Shown here: positions 1-6,882 of the stretch, one piece after another
Layout of the letters: each line of letters starts with the position of its first letter
Position numbering within the stretch: the stretch's first letter is position 1
NCBI GenBank assembly: GCA_964648395.1
Contig: CAZYLQ010000006.1
Coordinates: forward strand, 1 to 34,382
Source: an uncultured bacterium
Lineage (GTDB): Bacteria > Fidelibacterota > Marinisomatia > Marinisomatales > UBA1611
Direction of reading: 5' to 3'
Length of the DNA stretch: 34,382 nt
The notes under the pieces: model-generated
Database searches by the model: none
Seen by the model: the letters and a program-made list of their open reading frames with translations, nothing else
What the model was told of the DNA's origin: nothing
Translations under genes and position numbers: made by a program

Positions 1-362
1 ATTTACCAAGATTGATACAAAAAATTCAGACTGAAAATCGGACAGTTGTTTGGTCCTGTGATCCGATGCATGGGAATACAATGAAAAGTAGCAATGGTAT
101 CAAAACTCGACCGTTTGATCAAATTATTGATGAATTAAAACAAAATATCCAGATCCACAAATCGGAAGGGTCTCGTATAGGCGGAATCCATTTAGAAATG
201 ACGGGACAAAATGTGACCGAATGTACAGGCGGCCTGGATGATATTTCAGAAGCAGATTTGACTGACCGATATCGCACCCATTGTGATCCACGCCTGAATG
301 CAAACCAAGCCATTGAACTGGCATTTTTAATCGCAGATGAACTAAAGCAGAATGGTCATTAA
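1..362 (+). CDS. DAHP synthase (3-deoxy-7-phosphoheptulonate synthase), class II, C-terminal part; 5' end lies outside the window
   Basis: Frame is open from the window edge (LPRLIQKIQ...). [12 protein letters not shown] and GGIHLEMTG motifs are typical of class II DAHP synthases. The stop overlaps the aroA start by 11 nt. Confidence 0.85.
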   Translation, partial: LPRLIQKIQTENRTVVWSCDPMHGNTMKSSNGIKTRPFDQIIDELKQNIQIHKSEGSRIGGIHLEMTGQNVTECTGGLDDISEADLTDRYRTHCDPRLNANQAIELAFLIADELKQNGH

Positions 363-1599
363 AGGAACGTTAACATTCTCAGGTGATAAATCGATATCCC
401 ATCGTGCACTTATGTTTTCTGCATTGGCAGATGGAGAGTCGCGGATATCCAATTTGTCCACCGGCGCTGATGTACAATCTACTCGAAAATGTTTAGAAGC
501 CTGTGGCATTGAAATAAGGGATGAAGGAAATGAAGTGGTTGTGAATGGTGGAAAATTATCCGACCCAATAGATTCTTTGGATTGCGGCAACTCCGGTACC
601 ACAACTCGTCTACTTTTAGGATTAATGGCAGGGCAAGGAATTAATGCCACATTTATCGGAGATGATTCTCTTTCTTCTCGTCCAATGAATCGTATTATGG
701 ATCCACTTTACCAAATGGGGTTGAAGTCCGAAAGTAATGATGGCAAATTGCCCATCACTATTCGTAAAAGTGAATTGAATGGAATTCAATATAAGTCTCC
801 CGTTGCAAGCGCCCAGGTGAAATCCGCTGTACTTTTGGCGGGACTTGGAGCAAGTGGCGAAACATCAATCACCGAACCAATTTTATCTCGTAATCACACA
901 GAAAAAATGTTATCCGGGCTGGGAGCGAATCTTTCCACCGAAGGACTAGCCGCCACCGTTTCCAGTATGACTTCCCCCCTTTCGGCTTTTGATTTGGCTG
1001 TTCCCGGTGATCCATCCACGGCCGCATTTTTTGCCGCTTCTGCAGCGTTGGTACCTAACTCTGAATTGGTTTTAACTCGTATTTTAGTTAATCCAACCCG
1101 CACAGGATTTTTTACTGCATTAGAAAAAATGGGTGTTGCAATGGAGCGCTTAAATCTATGGGATGAAGCTGGTGAACTCATAGGCAATTTGAAAATATGT
1201 CACCAATCATTAAAAGGAATTTTAATTGATAAAAATGATGTCCCAGGTTTAATTGATGAATTACCCATCATTGCAGTTCTTGCTACTCAAGCAAATGGAA
1301 GAACAGAAGTATGTGGCGCCGAAGAATTACGTATTAAGGAATGTGACCGAATCCATGCGGTGTGTAAAAACCTAAAAAAAATGGGTGCTGATATTCAAGA
1401 ATTGCAAGATGGATTTATCATTAATGGCCCAACACCATTAAAAGGTACGGATATTGAAACATTCCATGACCACCGTATCGCCATGGCATTTACTATTGCC
1501 GGACTTGTGACTAATGGTGATGTTATTTTGGATCATTCTGAATGCGCATCTATCTCTTTCCCAGAATTTTATGATGTATTGGAAAATTTAAAACAGTGA
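352..1599 (+). CDS. aroA: 3-phosphoshikimate 1-carboxyvinyltransferase (EPSP synthase), class II type
   Basis: 415 aa. [13 protein letters not shown] motif plus the four class II EPSPS signatures GDKS, SAQVK, RNHTE and NPTR. Lies in a shikimate operon. Confidence 0.95.
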   Translation: MVIKGTLTFSGDKSISHRALMFSALADGESRISNLSTGADVQSTRKCLEACGIEIRDEGNEVVVNGGKLSDPIDSLDCGNSGTTTRLLLGLMAGQGINATFIGDDSLSSRPMNRIMDPLYQMGLKSESNDGKLPITIRKSELNGIQYKSPVASAQVKSAVLLAGLGASGETSITEPILSRNHTEKMLSGLGANLSTEGLAATVSSMTSPLSAFDLAVPGDPSTAAFFAASAALVPNSELVLTRILVNPTRTGFFTALEKMGVAMERLNLWDEAGELIGNLKICHQSLKGILIDKNDVPGLIDELPIIAVLATQANGRTEVCGAEELRIKECDRIHAVCKNLKKMGADIQELQDGFIINGPTPLKGTDIETFHDHRIAMAFTIAGLVTNGDVILDHSECASISFPEFYDVLENLKQ

Positions 1600-2381
1600 A
1601 ACAATTCGCTGTCATCGGAGATCCCATTGCTCATAGCCTGAGTCCTATTCTTCATCAAGAAGTATATCGACAACTTGATCTAGATGCATCATTTGAAAAA
1701 ATCCATCTGATGCCAAATGCGCTTCACTCATTTATGAATATAAATGAATTGGACGGCTTCAATGTTACCATCCCCTATAAACAATCCATCATACCATTTT
1801 TAGATGAATTGGATGAATCTGCACAAACCATCGGTGCTGTAAATTGTGTTCATGATGGAAAAGGATACAATACAGATTGGATCGGGTTCACCAAGGCTAT
1901 GGAACAAAACGGTATCTCATTAAATGGAAAAGATTATATAATCTTGGGATCCGGTGGCGCGGCGCGAGCGATTGCTTTTGGATTGGTGAAATTCGGTGCT
2001 AAATCCATTTCAATTAAGAATCGTACGCAATCCAAAGCTGATCAATTGTTAGATTGGATCAATTCCATCTTTCCAAATAATAATTCGAGTGAAAATTCAG
2101 ATGTCATTATTAATTGCACACCATTAGGGATGTGGCCAGATACAGAATCCATGCCAGATTTGGAAATCAAAAAAGGACACATTCTAGCCGACACCATTTA
2201 CAATCCACTGGAAACAAAATGGCTGAAAACCGGGGAGGGAAGGGGTGCAAAGACCATTGGCGGTCTGGATATGTTCATAAATCAAGGATTGGCATCAGCC
2301 GATATTTGGTTTGGTGAAAAAATATCAGAAAAAATTAAATTGGAACCAATTAAAAAGGTATTAAAATCAGAATTATGTTAA
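1596..2381 (+). CDS. aroE: shikimate dehydrogenase
   Basis: 261 aa. GTG start inside a GTGA overlap with the aroA stop. SLSPILH and NVTIPYK substrate motifs; GSGGAARA Rossmann loop. Confidence 0.93.
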   Translation: MKQFAVIGDPIAHSLSPILHQEVYRQLDLDASFEKIHLMPNALHSFMNINELDGFNVTIPYKQSIIPFLDELDESAQTIGAVNCVHDGKGYNTDWIGFTKAMEQNGISLNGKDYIILGSGGAARAIAFGLVKFGAKSISIKNRTQSKADQLLDWINSIFPNNNSSENSDVIINCTPLGMWPDTESMPDLEIKKGHILADTIYNPLETKWLKTGEGRGAKTIGGLDMFINQGLASADIWFGEKISEKIKLEPIKKVLKSELC

Positions 2382-3535
2382 CACGACTCAAATTTCTAAC
2401 AGCGGGTGAATCACACGGCCAGGGCCTTTTAGGTATTTTAGATGGCATGCCGGCGGGATTGGAAATATCCGAAGAATATATTGGTGTTCACTTGGCACGA
2501 CGTCAAATGGGCCACGGCCGTGGTGGCCGAATGAAAATTGAAAAAGATTTCGGTGAAATTTGGTGTGGTGTTAGACATGGTAAAACACTTGGTGCACCGG
2601 TGGGTATTCTTGTCCGAAATAAAGATTGGGAAAACTGGACAAAAAAAATGTCCGTCTCTCCTGTGGATGATAAAATCCGAAATGTGACACTCCCCCGCCC
2701 CGGACATGCTGATTTGGCAGGTGTCCAAAAATATGGATTTGATGATATTCGCAATGTATTGGAACGGTCCAGCGCCCGAGAAACAACCATGCGTGTTGCA
2801 CTTGGTTCTATCTGCAGAAAATTATTAGAAGATGTTGGAATTGAAGTGGGCAGCCGCGTGATTGAAATCCATGACGTTAAGGATGAAAACCCAATCCCTG
2901 ATGGCGTTTCACCAAACCAATTAAGTAAAATTGCAGACGCATCTCCCGTCCGTTGTTTGGACAAAGATGGCGAAGCGGCTATGATGCAAACTATTGATGA
3001 CGCCAAAAAAGACGGTGATTCGGTTGGCGGTATTTTTGAAGTGATTGCCACCGGGTTGCCTTACGGTCTTGGCTCTCATACCCAGTGGGACCGGAAACTC
3101 CATACCCGCATTTCTGCCATGATGATGAGTGTAAATGCATTCAAAGGAATTGAAATCGGTGGTGGATTTGGCGGTGCGGAAAAATTTGGCAGTGAAGTCC
3201 ATGATGAGATCGGTCATGATGGCAAAAAATTTATTCGGTATTCAAATAATGCCGGCGGAATAGAAGGGGGCATGAGCAACGCCCAACCCATTGTTTTGCG
3301 AATGGCCATGAAGCCCATCCCCACATTGATTAAACCACTTCGATCTGTGGATATACATTCCAAAGAAGCAAAAGATGCACACAAGGAACGAACCGATTCA
3401 TGTGCTGTGCCTGCAGCATCCATCATTGCAGAAAGCATGTTATGTTTTGTCCTTGCTGATGCACTTCTGGAAAAATTTGGTGGTGATTCCATGGATCAAC
3501 TCAGGGCGCATATGAGAGCCACAGCGAAATATTAA
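2375..3535 (+). CDS. aroC: chorismate synthase
   Basis: 386 aa. N-terminal FLTAGESHG, RPGHAD, and GGISNG-like GGIEGGMSNAQPI motifs. Overlaps the aroE stop by 7 nt. Confidence 0.96.
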   Translation: MLTRLKFLTAGESHGQGLLGILDGMPAGLEISEEYIGVHLARRQMGHGRGGRMKIEKDFGEIWCGVRHGKTLGAPVGILVRNKDWENWTKKMSVSPVDDKIRNVTLPRPGHADLAGVQKYGFDDIRNVLERSSARETTMRVALGSICRKLLEDVGIEVGSRVIEIHDVKDENPIPDGVSPNQLSKIADASPVRCLDKDGEAAMMQTIDDAKKDGDSVGGIFEVIATGLPYGLGSHTQWDRKLHTRISAMMMSVNAFKGIEIGGGFGGAEKFGSEVHDEIGHDGKKFIRYSNNAGGIEGGMSNAQPIVLRMAMKPIPTLIKPLRSVDIHSKEAKDAHKERTDSCAVPAASIIAESMLCFVLADALLEKFGGDSMDQLRAHMRATAKY

Positions 3536-4029
3536 TGAATATTTATTTAATAGGTATGATGGGATCTGGCAAATCAACGGTTGGAAAAACTTTATCTGAA
3601 AAAATGCACAAACCATTCATTGATTTAGACTCAGAGATAGAAAAGGGAACTGGGAAAAATATTTCAGAAATATTTGATATTGATGGAGAAGAGCAATTTC
3701 GTAAAATGGAAACCAAACAATTAAAACAATATTCTGAATCTATTGTAGCTTGTGGGGGAGGGATTGTATTAAAAGATGAGAACAGGGAGTTTATTAATGA
3801 AAATGGGTTTACCATTCTTTTAACAGCTTCAATGGAAGAATTATCGCACCGATTATCAGATTCGGGTAACAGACCTTTATTAGCCGATGATAATACGGAA
3901 GAGGCATTGACGAAGCTCTGGTTGGAACGACAACTGCATTATTTAAATACAGCAGATTTCACTATCGAAACTGATGGGAAAAATCCCAAACAATTAACAG
4001 AAGAAATTTTAGTACAGATAAATTCATGA
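3535..4029 (+). CDS. aroK: shikimate kinase
   Basis: 164 aa. Walker A GMMGSGKST; FRKMETKQL and CGGGIV motifs. TAATG overlap with aroC. Confidence 0.93.
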   Translation: MNIYLIGMMGSGKSTVGKTLSEKMHKPFIDLDSEIEKGTGKNISEIFDIDGEEQFRKMETKQLKQYSESIVACGGGIVLKDENREFINENGFTILLTASMEELSHRLSDSGNRPLLADDNTEEALTKLWLERQLHYLNTADFTIETDGKNPKQLTEEILVQINS

Positions 4030-5096
4030 AAACAATTCAAGTACATTTAGATGAAAGATCCTATTCTATCAATGTAGAATCAAGCATATTAAGAAAGCTC
4101 CCATCCATTCTTTCTGATCAGAATCATGGACAAAAATGGATCATTATTTCTCAATATAATTTGATGGAATTGATCGGATTCAATTTGATGTCTGACTTAA
4201 ATAAAGCAGGATTTAAATGTGATTATATCACACTTCCTGTCGGCGAAGCGGCAAAAAGCATGAATGAATTCAGTCGTATCATCAGTCAGCTAATTGAAAT
4301 GAAATGTGATCGTTCTACAACCATTCTATCTTTGGGTGGTGGTGTAGTAGGTGATGTAAGTGGGTTTGTTGCATCTTCCTTCATGCGCGGAATTCAATAT
4401 TACCAGATCCCAACAACCCTTCTTGCCATGGTTGATTCTTCCATTGGCGGAAAAACTGGCATAAATATAGCTGAAGGGAAAAATCTAGTAGGATCCATAT
4501 ATCAACCACAAGGCGTGTTAATTGATCCGGATATTTTGGATTCACTCCCGCGTGAAGAGGTCATTGCGGGACTGGGTGAAGTAATTAAGTATGGTGCAAT
4601 TCGCGATGAGAAATTCTTAAATAATATTTCCGAATGGCTGGATGATATTGATGCTTTCCCCTTTGCAAGGGCTGTGTTACGTGCTTGTGAAATAAAAGCA
4701 GAAATTGTTTCATTAGATGAACACGAAGGTGGGCTTCGCAAACTTTTAAATTTTGGTCATACAGTTGGTCATGCACTTGAAGCACATTTAGGATATGGAA
4801 AGATTCGCCATGGAGAAGCCGTTGCCCTTGGTATGAAGTGCGCTGGATGGGTTTCTAATAAAATGGGTTTTATGAGTCTCGATGAAAATAAATCTCTGAA
4901 TAATACCATTGATAAACTTTCCTTGCCAAAGGTATCTAAAGTGAATCCAAATACAATTCTTTCTTATGTAAAAAAAGATAAAAAGATGAGAAATGGCATT
5001 CTTCATTTCGTAGTTTTAAATACACTTGGGGAAGGTAATACATGTGATTCTGTTCCTGATAATCTTATCAAAGAGTCACTCAAAGTAATCCAATGA
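4026..5096 (+). CDS. aroB: 3-dehydroquinate synthase
   Basis: 356 aa. LGGGVVGDVSGF, IPTTLLAMVDSSIGGKTGIN and HGEAVALGM motifs. ATGA overlap with aroK. Confidence 0.95.
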   Translation: MKTIQVHLDERSYSINVESSILRKLPSILSDQNHGQKWIIISQYNLMELIGFNLMSDLNKAGFKCDYITLPVGEAAKSMNEFSRIISQLIEMKCDRSTTILSLGGGVVGDVSGFVASSFMRGIQYYQIPTTLLAMVDSSIGGKTGINIAEGKNLVGSIYQPQGVLIDPDILDSLPREEVIAGLGEVIKYGAIRDEKFLNNISEWLDDIDAFPFARAVLRACEIKAEIVSLDEHEGGLRKLLNFGHTVGHALEAHLGYGKIRHGEAVALGMKCAGWVSNKMGFMSLDENKSLNNTIDKLSLPKVSKVNPNTILSYVKKDKKMRNGILHFVVLNTLGEGNTCDSVPDNLIKESLKVIQ

Positions 5097-5521
5097 AAAT
5101 ACTAGTGATTAATGGACCCAATCTGAATTTATTGGGGATTCGGGAACCAGATATTTATGGAATAGAAACTTTAGAAGATATTAGGCATTGGCTAGATAGA
5201 CAACCAGACGCAAATGGTCATGATATTACCTGGTTCCAATCTAATCATGAAGGTGATCTTATTGATCAAATTCAATCAACCATCAGTTTATTTGATGGCA
5301 TAATTATAAATCCCGGTGCGTTGACACATTATTCCTTTGCTATCCGTGATGCGATTGCATCTGTAAATACTCCAACTGTTGAAGTGCATTTAAGTGATAT
5401 TAATTCTAGAGAAGAATTCAGGAGAGTGTCCGTCATCAAGGATGAATGTATTTCACAAATATCCGGCCTAGGAAAGCAGGGATATCTAGAAGCTGTAAAA
5501 ACTTTAGTAAACCACCTTTAG
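5093..5521 (+). CDS. aroQ: type II 3-dehydroquinate dehydratase
   Basis: 142 aa. INGPNLNLLGIREPDIYG, NPGALTHYS and HLSDINSREEFR motifs. ATGA overlap with aroB. Confidence 0.95.
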   Translation: MKILVINGPNLNLLGIREPDIYGIETLEDIRHWLDRQPDANGHDITWFQSNHEGDLIDQIQSTISLFDGIIINPGALTHYSFAIRDAIASVNTPTVEVHLSDINSREEFRRVSVIKDECISQISGLGKQGYLEAVKTLVNHL

Positions 5522-5577
5522 GTACAATTTCTACTCATATTGAGGAGTTTTAATAAAATAGTATAATTAATTCAATT

Positions 5578-5605
5578 AAAAAAAGGCAGTTAACTGCCTT
5601 TTTTT
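5578..5605. terminator. bidirectional rho-independent terminator (A7-GGCAG-TTAA-CTGCC-T7)
   Basis: Perfect 28-nt palindrome with an A-tract on one side and a T-tract on the other. It sits between the convergent aroQ (+) and small ORF 5610-5801 (-). Confidence 0.85.
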
Positions 5606-5609
5606 AATA

Positions 5610-5801
5610 TTAATGCTTTAGCTCCTGACCACTACGTCGGTTAGTTTTACGCTGATAGCCTTTTCTTTGATCAATGGTCTTTCGTTTATCAGTATCTACT
5701 ATGACGTTATTTCCCTTTCTTCGATGTTCCGACCTTCTGTGACCATCTCTTCGATCATTGCTACTTCTTGAAGCTGCACTTTTTTCTCTGTGTTCTTCCA
5801 T
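5610..5801 (-). CDS. small (63 aa) strongly basic Arg/Lys/Asp-rich hydrophilic protein, unknown function
   Basis: ATG is preceded by AGGAG 9 nt upstream, and the stop is followed by the terminator at 5578-5605. No hydrophobic core. By hand count 20 R+K versus 10 D+E. Collinear similarity to ORF 5875-6075. Confidence 0.6.
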   Translation of the reverse strand: MEEHREKSAASRSSNDRRDGHRRSEHRRKGNNVIVDTDKRKTIDQRKGYQRKTNRRSGQELKH

Positions 5802-5852
5802 AAGTTACTACTCCTATTCAACTAAATGATAACCACAATATATAAACAAAAA

Positions 5853-5870
5853 GTGCAGTAAAACTGCCCT
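5853..5870 (-). terminator. weak hairpin plus T-tract after ORF 5875-6075
   Basis: Minus strand reads GGGCAGTTTTACTGCAC followed by TTTTTGTTTAT. Stem is GCAGT/ACTGC. The sequence resembles the 5585-5598 hairpin (GGCAGTT..ACTGC). Confidence 0.4.
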
Positions 5871-5874
5871 TGTA

Positions 5875-6075
5875 TTAATCTCTTCTTTCTTTTGCAGAAC
5901 GACGACTATTTTCTCGACGATCTTCATCTCTCCGTTCATCATCGTCTCTTTTGTCAAGCTGGACATGATGGTTATTTGTACGTCTAGCTTCTTCTTCTCG
6001 TCTTACTGCTTCTCTTTGATCATCAGCGCGGCGATCATCAGAATCACGTTTATTATCAGCCACAATTATTTCCAA
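5875..6075 (-). CDS. small (66 aa) Arg/Asp/Glu-rich hydrophilic protein, unknown function
   Basis: It is the only open frame here. TTG start at 6075, or GTG at 6063; no clear Shine-Dalgarno. About 20 R+K versus 22 D+E by hand count. Shares RR..NN..V..DKR...RRS..E collinear positions with ORF 5610-5801. Confidence 0.45.
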   Translation of the reverse strand: MEIIVADNKRDSDDRRADDQREAVRREEEARRTNNHHVQLDKRDDDERRDEDRRENSRRSAKERRD

Positions 6076-6085
6076 TTCTTATAAA

Positions 6086-6114
6086 GATAACCCCGGCATG
6101 AAACCGGGGTTATC
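6086..6114 (-). terminator. GC-rich hairpin downstream of the TerB-like gene (terminator or attenuator)
   Basis: 11-bp perfect stem GATAACCCCGG / CCGGGGTTATC with a 7-nt loop. On the minus strand only a short T-run (TTTAT) follows, so termination may be partial. Confidence 0.6.
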
Positions 6115-6136
6115 ATGAAGTTATGCTGGGAATGAT

Positions 6137-6568
6137 TTAAGCAATTAAATCGACAAAAAGAGTAGAATCTGTTTTAACGAGATTTACCTTATCTGTCATA
6201 TCCAATGCACTCACCGCCTTTTCAACCATTGCCATTTCGTTATCGTGAATGAAATCATCCGCGCGTGCGATGTAAGCAAGGTTTTTGACTACTTTGAAAC
6301 GATCCTCATCGGATGAGAACATCCCCTTGAGGGCTTCCAAAGATGCGCCATATTGGTTAGTACGAGCTGACTCATCACCGAGATCGATAAATTTATCGAT
6401 TACTTCGGCTTCCATTGCGTTGTACGCATCGTCGGATACATCCGGCAACATCACTTTGACATTGCCACGCATGGCTTCTTTTTCTGATTCGTCCACTTCT
6501 CCATCTGCTAAAAATGATACACAGACGAATGCATAAACTAAATCGTGATGTTGACTCCAGTTTGCCAT
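6137..6568 (-). CDS. stand-alone TerB-like (tellurite-resistance TerB superfamily-like) helical protein
   Basis: 143 aa, acidic. Two hairpin motifs, FLADGEVDESEKEAM and IARADDFIHDNEMAMVEKA, match the ADG-x-E pattern of TerB-like domains. AGAGGA Shine-Dalgarno just upstream of the ATG. Paralogous to residues 609-735 of the 750-aa protein. Confidence 0.65.
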   Translation of the reverse strand: MANWSQHHDLVYAFVCVSFLADGEVDESEKEAMRGNVKVMLPDVSDDAYNAMEAEVIDKFIDLGDESARTNQYGASLEALKGMFSSDEDRFKVVKNLAYIARADDFIHDNEMAMVEKAVSALDMTDKVNLVKTDSTLFVDLIA

Positions 6569-6734
6569 AAAATCCTCTTATATTATTCGTTTTGGGTAAT
6601 GGTTATTGTTTATTGTCTAGCCTCTAAATACAAACATATGTTATTATGGGACTAGATATACTGAAAAATTATGATTTGTAATCTCAAAGGTCAAGATTTC
6701 TGCAAAATAACATTTAATTTATTTTTCACATAGA

Positions 6735-6754
6735 TTATTGTTATAATTCACTCT
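6735..6754 (+). promoter_or_regulatory. promoter-like motif TTATTGTTATAATTCACTCT (extended -10 TGTTATAAT)
   Basis: TGnTATAAT extended -10 at 6739-6747, about 135 nt upstream of the 750-aa gene. A near-identical copy (19 of 20 nt) lies on the minus strand at 29870-29889, upstream of the HAD gene. Confidence 0.45.
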
Positions 6755-6882
6755 CCATTGTAGTTTTTCTTTTCTATTCTAACCAAAGGATTAAACAAAG
6801 TGAACCATATTTTTCATCATAGCACCCATATTCTACTAACCGCCGGCTTATCAAATAAACCCAATTAAAATAAATTTATTCT

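Noticed and set aside
2503-3051. 182-aa ORF antisense to aroC, plus other antisense or alternate-frame ORFs inside the aro genes (e.g. 342-650, 894-1187, 2921-3217).
   Set aside because: They lie entirely within well-supported conserved genes on the opposite strand. Their composition is low complexity (Ser/Pro/Ile-rich) and they have no start context. This is typical of shadow ORFs.
5562-5567. TATAAT hexamer (in TAGTATAATTAAT) just downstream of aroQ.
   Set aside because: On the plus strand it would fire directly into the bidirectional terminator with no downstream gene. It is probably a chance AT-rich match.
6633-6642. Perfect 10-bp palindrome AACATATGTT in the divergent promoter region.
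   Set aside because: In a 314-nt AT-rich region a 10-bp palindrome is expected by chance at an appreciable rate. I found no second copy or flanking symmetry.
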